Shown piece after piece: positions 9,114 to 18,103 of a stretch of DNA of 64,000 nucleotides. The notes below the pieces were generated by a model. It saw only the letters and a program-made list of their open reading frames with translations, was not told where the DNA came from and did no database searches. Each line of letters begins with the position of its first letter. The first letter of the stretch is position 1. The stretch is from Candidatus Omnitrophota bacterium (GTDB lineage Bacteria; Omnitrophota; Gorgyraeia; JABMRG01): NCBI GenBank assembly GCA_028716165.1, contig JAQUQI010000002.1, forward strand, positions 83,228-147,227. Direction: 5' to 3'. The position numbers and the translations under genes are program-made.

Positions 9114-9689
9114 TCAGGCTAAAAGCGCCATGAGGCCTTTTCTTATCATCATGACCGCTATGGCCGCCAGTAAAAGATTCATGATTTTGGACAAAGCCCT
9201 GGATCCTGCCACGCCGAGTGTTTTTATAAGTGCGCCTGAAAAAAAGAAAATCGTCCCGGCGAGCGCTATGTTTATGATAACCGATAATAAGGTTGCGCTA
9301 ATGCCGTAATTCTCAAGCATTACCAGCGATGTTGTAAGAACGGCCGGGCCCGCTATAAGCGGCGTGCCTAAAGGCACCGCTCCAAGCTGACTGCCCGGTA
9401 TGCGCCTATTTTTTTCAGGATTGAGTATGTCAAGTATGGCAATTGAAAAAAGGACTGTGCCGCCTGCTATCATAAAATCTGAAACGGTGATATTTAGCAG
9501 TCTGAACGTGGCTTTGCCTAAAAATATGAAACCAATCGCCAGGCAGCATGCCGTTATCATTGACTGAATAATTATTTTTCGTTTCTGAACGCGGCTTAGC
9601 CCGTCAGTAAGCGAGGCAAATATCGGCAATACCCCAATAGCGTCAACGGCTACGAATAATGGTATAAAAACAGGTAAAAAGCCCTTCAT
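9114..9689 (-). CDS. MarC-family (UPF0056) integral membrane protein
   Basis: 191 aa with 6 TM segments. N-terminal LPVFIPLFVAVDAIGVLPIF and mid-protein GTVLF.. motifs typical of MarC. Confidence 0.75.
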   Translation of the reverse strand: MKGFLPVFIPLFVAVDAIGVLPIFASLTDGLSRVQKRKIIIQSMITACCLAIGFIFLGKATFRLLNITVSDFMIAGGTVLFSIAILDILNPEKNRRIPGSQLGAVPLGTPLIAGPAVLTTSLVMLENYGISATLLSVIINIALAGTIFFFSGALIKTLGVAGSRALSKIMNLLLAAIAVMMIRKGLMALLA

Positions 9690-9709
9690 TCCCGCCCCTT
9701 TCTTTAAGG

Positions 9710-10492
9710 TTAAATATTATCAGGCGCTTTGGGAAATTTCCCGTTTAGAGCGTTTAATGCCAGTAATTTTACTTCATCGCCAAAATCCGCGCCGGCAAGC
9801 CATTCCAGATAACCGCGGTCATTCTGCGCTATGGCCTTTATATGTTTTTTGCGCCTGTATTTTCCAAAGGACGGGTAAAGGTCCCCGTTCCACCAGCAGA
9901 ACTTTTTCTCCGGGTCATAATAGTAACTGGATGTTTCGTAATCAATATCCTTTAGCGATTCAATACCCGCGCTTTCAGAGCCGTATTTCATTATTTGCGC
10001 GCTTAGTATTTCTACAGTAGCTTCGGCATCCCCTAAAGCTGTATGGGCATTGGTAAGCTCTTTGCCGCAGTAGAGCTGATAAGCGGCCATAAGGTCTCTT
10101 TTTTCATGTATATGATAAATCTTTTGAGCGTCATATATGCCGCGGTCTTTCCAATGAAAGCTCATGCCCGCTTCAATTATCTCGCGTTCAAGGACCGGCA
10201 GGTCAAACCTGTATATATTAAAACCCCCGAGGTCGCAATCGCCTATAAATTCCAAAACCTCCGAACATATATCTTTAAAAACCGGGGCATCTTTAACATC
10301 GTTGTTTGTTATGCCGATTATCTTTGTGACATTGACGGGTATCGGTATGCCGGGATTTACGCGTTTTACATATCCCTGCCTGTTTCCGTCAGGCATAAGC
10401 TTAACCATGCCGATCTCAACGATCTTGTCTTTTTCCACCCACGTGCCTGTTGTTTCAAGGTCAAAGACTACAAGAGGTTTTTTTATAAACAT
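9710..10492 (-). CDS. DEDDh 3'-5' exonuclease (DnaQ-like) with a C-terminal DUF3820-like domain
   Basis: Exo I motif VVFDLETTG and Exo III motif HTALGDAEAT. C-terminal FGKYRRK...YLEWL resembles DUF3820. Confidence 0.8.
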   Translation of the reverse strand: MFIKKPLVVFDLETTGTWVEKDKIVEIGMVKLMPDGNRQGYVKRVNPGIPIPVNVTKIIGITNNDVKDAPVFKDICSEVLEFIGDCDLGGFNIYRFDLPVLEREIIEAGMSFHWKDRGIYDAQKIYHIHEKRDLMAAYQLYCGKELTNAHTALGDAEATVEILSAQIMKYGSESAGIESLKDIDYETSSYYYDPEKKFCWWNGDLYPSFGKYRRKKHIKAIAQNDRGYLEWLAGADFGDEVKLLALNALNGKFPKAPDNI

Positions 10493-11202
10493 GGCCTCTC
10501 CTTAAAATTGTTTGTTTTTTTACTTGTTATCTCCAGGATCTTATTATAGATATCTTTGAAATCCCCTGTCTTGCAATCGTAATGAGCCATATCTGAAAGC
10601 GCCATGTCGCGAGAGTTGAACGCTATAAAATAGCCGGAGTTTTTTGCCAGCGGGATATCGCCCGCGCTGTCTCCCACGCTTATGACCTCATTTTTTTTAA
10701 GCCCGAAACGCTTTCTGACTTGCTTTAAGGCCGCGGCTTTGGCTCCATGGCGTATATTTATTCTGACGCCGCCTGTCATTATGCCTTTACGCGAGGCCAG
10801 GATATTCGTGAGGGTAAAATCAAAATCTATATCTTTTGATATGGCGTTGGCGCTATATTGCAGGCCGGTTGAAAGCGCGGCTAATTTAAACCCCATTTTT
10901 TTTAGTTTAATTAGGCACGCCTTCGCGTTCTTTGCATACCTGACCGGCCAAAATATGGCCGATATTTTTGATTCTGGCATACCCTTCCAGCAGGCGGCAT
11001 CAAGGCGGCAGAATTCATCATAACTTATCCTGCCTTTTAAAAAGTTTTCCTGCCATCGGCAGGCAAGGTTGTCCCACATACCAAGCTTTTCGTGTATCAT
11101 CTGCCAGGAGCTGACATGCCTTGTTATGGTACCGTCAATGTCAAAGACTATCAACCTGAACACGCGATGTCCGCCGCTTGTTTTGCCGCTAATTGGCCGC
11201 AT
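10483..11202 (-). CDS. HAD-superfamily hydrolase (phosphoserine-phosphatase-like, HAD-IB); the true start is probably GTG/TTG near 11166-11157
   Basis: HAD motif I LIVFDIDGTIT, motif III K...(GD)SAGD. The ORF-track ATG start overlaps rlmN by 52 nt. Confidence 0.8.
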   Translation of the reverse strand: MRPISGKTSGGHRVFRLIVFDIDGTITRHVSSWQMIHEKLGMWDNLACRWQENFLKGRISYDEFCRLDAACWKGMPESKISAIFWPVRYAKNAKACLIKLKKMGFKLAALSTGLQYSANAISKDIDFDFTLTNILASRKGIMTGGVRINIRHGAKAAALKQVRKRFGLKKNEVISVGDSAGDIPLAKNSGYFIAFNSRDMALSDMAHYDCKTGDFKDIYNKILEITSKKTNNFKERPCL

Positions 11203-12197
11203 GCCGCTTGTATGTCCCTGCCTCTGGACTGCCTTATGGTGATATATTCGTGCCTCCTTTTTACCTGGCTTATAAACATATCAAGCTGGCGCGGCGTTGG
11301 AGGCGTAAATCTTGCCCCTAAAACCTCGCTATAAGGTATAAGGTTGATTTTTGATTTAAGCTCTCCTGCTATCTGCGCGAGTCCTTCAGCATCAGAAATT
11401 GAGTCGTTTACACCCGGTATCAGTATATATTCAAGGGTAATTATCCTCCCTGATTTGCGCGCGTATTCGGACATGGCTTCTATGAGCTTACCAAGCGGGA
11501 AAATCCTGTTGACAGGCATAATCCTTGAACGCTTTTCATCCGTCACCGCGTGCAGGGACAATGACAGGTTGACCTGCAAGTTAAACGCGCTAAGTTTTTT
11601 TATGCCGGGCACGATACCGCAGGTTGATATTGTAATTCTTCTGGCGCCAATGTTAAAAGCATTTTTATCGTTCATTATCCTTATCGCCTGAATAAGATTG
11701 TCATAATTATCAAGGGGTTCGCCCATACCCATAAAGACATAGTTGGTCGCCTGTATATGCAGGATGTCCCGGACATGCAGTATCTGGCCTAATATTTCTG
11801 ACACAGACAGGTTTCGTTTAAAACCTTTCATGCCGCTGGCGCAAAAGGCGCACTTGAACTTACAGCCCGACTGTGTTGAAAGGCAGATGGTATTCCTTGA
11901 CCTGGACTGTATAACGACAGCCTCAATACAGGAGCCGTCTTCAAGCAGAAAGATTATTTTTATGCTTGAGTCCCTGCTTACTAATTTTTGCAGCTGGCGA
12001 AGAGGCGATATGTAAAAGTAATTTTCAAGATACTGTATTAGCGGTTTTGGGATATCTGTCATCTTGTCAAACGAGACAGCTCCTTTTTGGAAAAGCCATA
12101 AGAATACCTGCCTCGCCCTATAGGCGGGGTATCCTTTTTTTATCACGGCCTTTTCCAAATCCTGGAGGGTTGTATTTCTTATGTCAATTTTTTTCAT
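11151..12197 (-). CDS. rlmN: 23S rRNA m2A2503 / tRNA m2A37 radical-SAM methyltransferase RlmN
   Basis: CxxxCxxC as CAFCASG. RlmN-specific LSLSLHA and GMGEPL motifs. 348 aa. Confidence 0.9.
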   Translation of the reverse strand: MKKIDIRNTTLQDLEKAVIKKGYPAYRARQVFLWLFQKGAVSFDKMTDIPKPLIQYLENYFYISPLRQLQKLVSRDSSIKIIFLLEDGSCIEAVVIQSRSRNTICLSTQSGCKFKCAFCASGMKGFKRNLSVSEILGQILHVRDILHIQATNYVFMGMGEPLDNYDNLIQAIRIMNDKNAFNIGARRITISTCGIVPGIKKLSAFNLQVNLSLSLHAVTDEKRSRIMPVNRIFPLGKLIEAMSEYARKSGRIITLEYILIPGVNDSISDAEGLAQIAGELKSKINLIPYSEVLGARFTPPTPRQLDMFISQVKRRHEYITIRQSRGRDIQAACGQLAAKQAADIACSG

Positions 12198-13083
12198 AAA
12201 ATCTTTTGTCCTGTTTTGCTATTCCGACCGCTTTTAAAGCGCTTTTTTCCTTGTCTTTGATTTCAAGCATTATGTCAAAATCATAGGGTTTTGTGTTTAG
12301 CAAAAATCTGCTAAAATGGGCCTGCGATATACTTAAAGCATGGGCCCCTTTTCTCGCCCCCTTCTTCTGAATGCTGTAGTCAAGGACTGGCAGTCCGTCG
12401 TGCTTTTGCCATGTCTTAACAAAATCCCGCATCAGCTCTTCCGCCGGCCCCTTGCCGCCGTTCAATGAGTGATGGAGTATATCCAAAACGACAGGAATGC
12501 CCGTTTCCCGGTGTATCGTAATGCAGTCTTTAAAACTGAAAAGCCTGTCATCATTTTCTATGACCAGATGCTTTTTTATTGTTTGCGGCAATTTTTTATA
12601 TCTGGCTATAAATCGCTTTATGCTGGCGGTTTTATCATTATACATACCGCCGACGTGAATTTGTATTTTTGCCTGCCGCCCAAGCCCAAGACTGCGCATA
12701 AGATCGGAATGGTAAACTAATTCGGCGGCACTTTTTTCGTATATTCCGGGGTCAAGGCAGTTAATTATCGTGAACTGGTCCGGATGCATGCAGACGCGCA
12801 TATTGTTTAATTTTATATAACTGCTTATTTCGTCAAATTCGGCCTTAAAATCCAATTGCCAATCAATCCGGCACACCTTATGCGAAGCAAACGGCACGAG
12901 CCCCGAACCTATCCTGAAAAACATTATACCATGTTGTGCGTTAAACTTCAGTATGTTTAACAGGCATTTCAGGTTTTTCTCTATGACTGCCCGGTGTAGT
13001 TGCCTTGAGTATGATTTTAACCGGAATGTCCCGTTACTGGTGCAACCGCAGGTATTATTAACGCAGGGGTAACCTATTTTCAT
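12184..13083 (-). CDS. uvdE: UV DNA damage endonuclease UvdE/UvsE
   Basis: TIM-barrel UVDE motifs MHPDQF, VIENDD, LDILHH. ~300 aa. Confidence 0.85.
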   Translation of the reverse strand: MKIGYPCVNNTCGCTSNGTFRLKSYSRQLHRAVIEKNLKCLLNILKFNAQHGIMFFRIGSGLVPFASHKVCRIDWQLDFKAEFDEISSYIKLNNMRVCMHPDQFTIINCLDPGIYEKSAAELVYHSDLMRSLGLGRQAKIQIHVGGMYNDKTASIKRFIARYKKLPQTIKKHLVIENDDRLFSFKDCITIHRETGIPVVLDILHHSLNGGKGPAEELMRDFVKTWQKHDGLPVLDYSIQKKGARKGAHALSISQAHFSRFLLNTKPYDFDIMLEIKDKEKSALKAVGIAKQDKRFYEKN

Positions 13084-13124
13084 CAGTATAGTATTAGATA
13101 ATACAGTGGCCAGGGGTGTTTATA

Positions 13125-14093
13125 TCAGACAGCCTCTATGGTTGAAGGAGGTTTTGTGGTTATATTATAGGTTACGCTTACAATGCCCCCGACTTCAGAC
13201 GTTATTCTGTCGGCGATCTTACGCAGTATTTTAAACGGCAGGTTCGTGGGTTTGGCCTCTCTTGCGTCCTTGCTGTCCCAGCACCTTATTTCTATCTGTC
13301 TGCCAAAGTCCCTCTTTCCATATCTTATGCCCGTAACTCTGTCTTTGTGAAGTATAGCCATATACTGAAAAGCCTTTACTCCTTTGCATTCCTGTTCAAG
13401 GATGTCTGTTGCTTCACGAGCCAATTTAATCTTTTCGTCAGTTACTTCTCCGATTATCCTGGCGGCAAGCGCGGGCCCCGGAAACGGCGGGCGGTCATAT
13501 ATGTCTTCCGGCAAACCGAGAGATTTTGCAAGATACCTGACGCTGTCCTTGCGAAGGCAGGCAAGGGGCTCCAATATTTTATAGCCAAAATTTTTTTCCG
13601 GGTCAATGCCAAGCTGTTCAAATACATTGTGCTGTCTTTTGATGCCGGCGCGGGTTTCGTCAATATCGGTCAGTATTGTTCCCTGCAGGAGAAATCTGGC
13701 CTCACTGTTTCTTACGAGTTTTCCAAAGACGTCTTTATAAAAAGTTTGCGATATGGCCTCTCTCTTTAATTCAGGGTCATCTATGCCGCGAAGGGCGGAT
13801 AAGAATGTATTTTTGGCGTCAATGACACTGACCTCAACGCCGAGTTTCTTGAAAATTCCCTTTACCTTTTTTGCCTCATCCCGGCGCATAAGGCCATTAT
13901 CTATAAAATATGTTTTGAGTTTTTTGCCTATCGCTTTATGGCCGAGCATGGTAACGGCGGCGCTGTCTACTCCGCCCGAAAGAGCATTGATAGCCTTTCC
14001 CTTGCCTATGATAGCGGAAATATTAGCGCATTTTTCTTTTATAAATTTATCAATATTTGTTTTTTTAAGGCGTATCTCCTGCATAGGGTCCAT
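13125..14093 (-). CDS. guaA: GMP synthase subunit B (ATP-pyrophosphatase + dimerisation domain; archaeal-type split GuaA)
   Basis: PP-loop SGGVDS. C-terminal ...RITSEVGGIVSVTYNITTKPPSTIEAV matches the GMP synthase C-terminal signature KPPATIEWE. No glutamine amidotransferase domain in this ORF or adjacent. Confidence 0.8.
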   Translation of the reverse strand: MDPMQEIRLKKTNIDKFIKEKCANISAIIGKGKAINALSGGVDSAAVTMLGHKAIGKKLKTYFIDNGLMRRDEAKKVKGIFKKLGVEVSVIDAKNTFLSALRGIDDPELKREAISQTFYKDVFGKLVRNSEARFLLQGTILTDIDETRAGIKRQHNVFEQLGIDPEKNFGYKILEPLACLRKDSVRYLAKSLGLPEDIYDRPPFPGPALAARIIGEVTDEKIKLAREATDILEQECKGVKAFQYMAILHKDRVTGIRYGKRDFGRQIEIRCWDSKDAREAKPTNLPFKILRKIADRITSEVGGIVSVTYNITTKPPSTIEAV

Positions 14094-14108
14094 TGGGCGC
14101 TCCTGTAG

Positions 14109-14390
14109 TTATTCGCTTCTACTGATTATTTCAATAAGATGGTATCCGAATTCTGTTTTTATTGGGCCATAAACCTTGCCGATTTCCTTGCTGAATACTA
14201 TTTCGTCAAATTCTTCAACCATCTGTCCGGGTTCAAATTCGCCGAGATTTCCGCCGTCCTGCCCTGACGGACATTCCGAATGAAGCCCGGCCAATTTTTC
14301 AAAACTTTGGCCGGATTCTATCTGTTTTTTCAGGTCTTCGCACTTCTCTTTGCTTGAAACCAGGATATGCCTTGCCGTAGCCTTTGCCAT
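14109..14390 (-). CDS. ppiC: parvulin-type peptidyl-prolyl cis-trans isomerase (PpiC/Par10-like)
   Basis: 93 aa. ARHILV..., GGNLGEF, HLIEI motifs of the rotamase domain. Confidence 0.85.
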   Translation of the reverse strand: MAKATARHILVSSKEKCEDLKKQIESGQSFEKLAGLHSECPSGQDGGNLGEFEPGQMVEEFDEIVFSKEIGKVYGPIKTEFGYHLIEIISRSE

Positions 14391-14415
14391 TACAACCTCC
14401 GCGTGTAGTTTATTA

Positions 14416-15069
14416 TTATAATAGTTCCGCTTCCATTCTGTCTATAGTTTTTTGAACATCATCTATTGTCTTTGATGAAAGTATATTTGACGTCCTGGCT
14501 TCGCTGACAAGGCTTTTAAGCGTTGTCAAAAATCTCTTTAGCAGGGTAAGCCGTTTTTTCTGCCACACCTCTTCAGGCTCCAACTCTTCACGTTGTCTGA
14601 TAAGAGCTGTCAGGTCTTTTTTGACAGAACCGGCGTCTTTGCCCATTTCAAGCACTGATCTTTTTATCTTCGCGTAGTCATCCCGGTTTAGATTTTTTTT
14701 GTTACTGGCAAGGCGCAGGACATCAACCGACTCATAGCTGGGCAAGAGCGCCGTGTCCGCTTCATCGTTATAATCTTTTTTAAGATAAAGAGGGTCTTCT
14801 TTTTCCAAAAAAGAATATGACCTTAACAGCTTGATGGCCGTCTGTTTACGTATGCCTATCTCTTTCGCTGTATATACTTCAAACTTATCGTAACCCCATC
14901 CTTTGTATAATTTATCTTTCCACACGCTGTATAGGGCCTGTGCCAGGTTTATCCATGAGGTCTTGAAATTTTTAGCGGATTCCAGTATGCCATGCCTTAT
15001 GCCGGACTCTTCAAACTGCGACATCTTTTCTTCTATTATTTTTATGGATTTGGTTTTTATATCGCTCAT
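14416..15069 (-). CDS. hypothetical protein
   Basis: 217-aa ORF with coding composition; no recognised motif. Confidence 0.55.
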   Translation of the reverse strand: MSDIKTKSIKIIEEKMSQFEESGIRHGILESAKNFKTSWINLAQALYSVWKDKLYKGWGYDKFEVYTAKEIGIRKQTAIKLLRSYSFLEKEDPLYLKKDYNDEADTALLPSYESVDVLRLASNKKNLNRDDYAKIKRSVLEMGKDAGSVKKDLTALIRQREELEPEEVWQKKRLTLLKRFLTTLKSLVSEARTSNILSSKTIDDVQKTIDRMEAELL

Positions 15070-15123
15070 CTTATGTGCCTGTTTTTCCCGCGGGCTTGTC
15101 TAAGTGGAAATATTAGAAAGCGC

Positions 15124-15170
15124 AGAATAAAAATAAACGCGCGGACCGTGTTGAAAGCGAATCCGCGCGG
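15124..15170 (-). terminator. rho-independent terminator (CGCGCGGA...TCCGCGCG hairpin + U-tract) downstream of the small Cys-rich ORF
   Basis: 8-bp GC-rich inverted repeat at 15138-15169. aataaaaataaa at 15126-15137 on plus gives the U-tract on the minus strand. Confidence 0.6.
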
Positions 15171-15223
15171 TCGGGTTTAATGCGGTAGTGCCGGTTTATC
15201 CGAGATTACAAACGCTGTTGTCG

Positions 15224-15397
15224 TTAATAGTAGTTTTCGTCTTCCTTGTCATAGCCGTCATAGTTGTCGCCGCCGGAACTTTCGCCCTTGCCGGCGCTTG
15301 AACATTCATTATATTCAGGGCACCGGGGACAGCATTCATCTTTTATCTGATCATCTTCTAAACATTTTTCATAACGTATACATGACTCGCAGCACAC
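15224..15397 (-). CDS. 57-aa cysteine-rich zinc-ribbon-like small protein with acidic Tyr-rich tail (VCCESCIRYEKCLEDDQIKDECCPRCPEYNECSSAGKGESSGGDNYDGYDKEDENYY); not in the supplied ORF track
   Basis: Translated by hand from the minus strand. GTG start preceded by GGAGGA (plus tcctcc 15405-15410) with a 7-nt spacer. Two CxxC pairs (CESC, CPRC). Followed by an intrinsic terminator. Confidence 0.5.
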   Translation of the reverse strand: MCCESCIRYEKCLEDDQIKDECCPRCPEYNECSSAGKGESSGGDNYDGYDKEDENYY

Positions 15398-15444
15398 AGA
15401 AATATCCTCCTTATATTTTTGGCGCCTCCAGCAATTATTTCAAA

Positions 15445-15819
15445 TCAATCTTCCATAGACTCAAGTTCTTCAAACTCTTCAACACGGTCAACAAAGATAT
15501 CCTTCGCCACGTTTTTCCCGCCCTCTAAAACAATGAATTCAATATCCACAAGATTGCCGGGGGTGATCTGCTGGACTGATTCTACCGAATCAAAGGACGT
15601 TTGTTCGTTAATATAGTAGGCGACTTCCTGATCTTCCCCTGTCGCGTAGTCAAATTCTCTTATAAGTATCTGTTCAGGAGAAACGCTCAATACCTCACCG
15701 TAAGCATAAAAAGACTGCGCCTCTTCAACAGCCGGAGCAGGTGTGTTTTCCGTCTGGGCATGGAGATATCCTACGCAGAAGCAAAACGTAACAGTAATAC
15801 ACGCTAACAAAATTCTCAT
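15445..15819 (-). CDS. secreted acidic hypothetical protein (start taken at internal Met MRILLAC...)
   Basis: Signal peptide ILLACITVTFCFCVGYLHAQ; the 8 codons upstream would overlap greA. Confidence 0.55.
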   Translation of the reverse strand: MRILLACITVTFCFCVGYLHAQTENTPAPAVEEAQSFYAYGEVLSVSPEQILIREFDYATGEDQEVAYYINEQTSFDSVESVQQITPGNLVDIEFIVLEGGKNVAKDIFVDRVEEFEELESMED

Positions 15820-15826
15820 AACAGGT

Positions 15827-16312
15827 TCACCTCCTTTCAATATTTATTATTTTGTATTTTAAAGTGCCAGCAGGCACATTAATCTCAACGGTTTCGTCTT
15901 TTTTTCTGCCAAGAAGGGCCTTGCCTACGGGTGAGGATACCGATATCATTCCTTTTGAAAAATCGGATTCAGCTTCGGAAACAAGGGTATAGGATTCATT
16001 TTCGCCGGTGTCAATATCCTTAACAGTCACAGTGGCCCCGATAAGGGCTTCGTTTGAGGATATGCGCGATTGGTCAATTATCCTGGCCCTGGCCAATTGA
16101 TTTTCCAGCTCAAATATCCTTTTCTCATTCATGCCCTGGGCGTCTTTCGCCGCGTCGTATTCGGCGTTTTCGCTTATATCTCCGAGAGCGCGGGCTTTGC
16201 CTATCTCTTCAGACAGCTGGCGCCTTTTTTTTGTTTTCAAATATTCAAGCTCATTTTTTAGCTTGGTATAGCCTTGTTGTGTCAGGTAAATATTTTCCAT
16301 AGCTTTTACCAT
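15827..16312 (-). CDS. greA: transcription elongation factor GreA (probable start at MENIYLTQQG, 16300)
   Basis: N-terminal coiled-coil with ...ALGDISENAEYDAAKDAQ... FKBP-like C-terminal domain. ~157 aa. Confidence 0.9.
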   Translation of the reverse strand: MVKAMENIYLTQQGYTKLKNELEYLKTKKRRQLSEEIGKARALGDISENAEYDAAKDAQGMNEKRIFELENQLARARIIDQSRISSNEALIGATVTVKDIDTGENESYTLVSEAESDFSKGMISVSSPVGKALLGRKKDETVEINVPAGTLKYKIINIERR

Positions 16313-17037
16313 CTGTTGCGCGTTTTTGAGAGCAGTCTCAAGATTTCAAGATAAAGCCATATTAACGTGACCATCAAGGCAAAGGCGCTATACCACTCCA
16401 TATACCCCGGAGCATTATACGCGGCGCCTTTTTGGATAAAGTCAAAATCAATTACAAGATTAAGCGCTGCTATAACTACAACAACAGCGCTAAAAACTAT
16501 TCCCATCGGGGTGGTGCTGTAAATAAACCCCATATTGAACCCAAAAAAACCCATAATCAGGCTCGCCGCGTAAAAAAGCGCTATTCCGCCCGTCGCCGCC
16601 ATTACCCCGAGCTTAAATCCTTCAGTAGCCCTGATGGCACCGGTCTTATAAGCTATCAACATGCACAGCAGGGTTGATAGAGTCAGCCCTACGGCCTGTA
16701 TTACTATACCCGGATAACTTGTTTCAAAAAACGCGGATATAGAACCCAATACAATACCCTGCGTTAAGGCGTATATAGGCGCCGTATAAGCGGAGTATTC
16801 TTTTTTAAATACCGTTATAATCGCTATTATTAATCCGGCAATGACTGAAGGCAGTAAGAAAGCGGCCGCGGCCGCGGGCCTGTTCCATACAAGGCTGGCT
16901 GACAAAATAACAATAAGGGCCATTAAAAAAGCCTTGTTTACTGTTCCTTGTATGGTCATCACTCCGGATGTTTTTGCAAACGCAGGCGAATGGCCGAAAA
17001 CATCCCCTCTAAGCGCGGGATTGCCTGATCTCATCAT
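16306..17037 (-). CDS. Bax-inhibitor-1/YccA-family 7-TM membrane protein
   Basis: 243 aa, about 7 TM helices, MMRSGNPAL... N-terminus typical of the BI-1/YccA family. AAGGAGGT RBS. Confidence 0.6.
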   Translation of the reverse strand: MMRSGNPALRGDVFGHSPAFAKTSGVMTIQGTVNKAFLMALIVILSASLVWNRPAAAAAFLLPSVIAGLIIAIITVFKKEYSAYTAPIYALTQGIVLGSISAFFETSYPGIVIQAVGLTLSTLLCMLIAYKTGAIRATEGFKLGVMAATGGIALFYAASLIMGFFGFNMGFIYSTTPMGIVFSAVVVVIAALNLVIDFDFIQKGAAYNAPGYMEWYSAFALMVTLIWLYLEILRLLSKTRNRW

Positions 17038-17172
17038 GTTCCTGACCTCCTTTTTAACGCGATGCCTTTTACCGCGGCAAACCAGCGCCTTATTCTGATC
17101 TGAGCCCTATAGCGCTTTCTGCACAGGCTATATCGTAAAAGTTTCATAAATTTGCCTATAAATAATACCAGT

Positions 17173-17994
17173 TTAATTATTGGCGGGCGAGAAATTAGAG
17201 CATGGTTGTTTTTTGGCGCAAGGTTTTTTATTCGCGCGTTCAGCCTTTTTGGCTTCAACACAGCCCTCTTCTGGGGCATAAGGCGCCTCTTGTGGTTGAT
17301 TCATCCTGAATTCCGCCCTGCTTTTTTTGTAGCTTGATCTTATCTGTTCTATGCGGGCCTCAATAGCCTGTTTTTCCTTCTGATACTCCATTCTCAACGC
17401 GTGTTCTTTGACTTGGGCGTCGGAGAGTATCTGGTTTTTTAATTTGCTTTTATTGGCCATATCGGTAATCTGTTCTATCTGGCTGTTTGCGTCTTCATAT
17501 ATCGCGGCAATACCGGCGTGCAATTTATCTTTCGCCGCCTGCACATCCGCCCTGCATACGTTTATCTCTTCATTATATGCTTCGTATCCGGGGTCACCGG
17601 CAAGGCGGTCTATTCTTTTATTCAGGGCCTTTATGGATCTAGAGCATTTTTTGTGTGATTCTTTAAATCCATTGTATTCCTGCCTGACAGGCGCGTATTT
17701 GACGTGGAAATCCTGTTTTAACTGTGATTGCCTTCTTTTGGACTCGCGGATAAACGTCTTTTCATCCATGTGAGATTTGCATAATATAAGATCCTGCCTT
17801 AATGATATATCCGCTTCATTGAATTCCTTTGTTAGCGCTTTGATCCTCTCCTTATATACCGTTATTTTTTCTTCAAGCTCGGCAAGTTCTTTTTTTGCCG
17901 CCTCCAGTTCGCTCGTATAATCGTTCTGTGATAAGGCATAGGAAGCCATGCCGAACAACAGCATACAAACGACAGCAAAGGTTTTTTTAAACAT
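17173..17994 (-). CDS. secreted coiled-coil hypothetical protein (start at MFKKTF with AAGGAGGG RBS)
   Basis: Signal peptide FAVVCMLLFGMASYALSQ followed by a long heptad-rich charged region. Confidence 0.6.
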   Translation of the reverse strand: MFKKTFAVVCMLLFGMASYALSQNDYTSELEAAKKELAELEEKITVYKERIKALTKEFNEADISLRQDLILCKSHMDEKTFIRESKRRQSQLKQDFHVKYAPVRQEYNGFKESHKKCSRSIKALNKRIDRLAGDPGYEAYNEEINVCRADVQAAKDKLHAGIAAIYEDANSQIEQITDMANKSKLKNQILSDAQVKEHALRMEYQKEKQAIEARIEQIRSSYKKSRAEFRMNQPQEAPYAPEEGCVEAKKAERANKKPCAKKQPCSNFSPANN

Positions 17995-18103
17995 ACACCC
18001 TCCTTGGTTTAATTTTATAAGATATTTTACCCTCGTATTCCGCGATTTACAAGAAAATTCCGTCATAAGCGTAATATAAATGGCAGTTACCTGCCCGGTT
18101 TTT

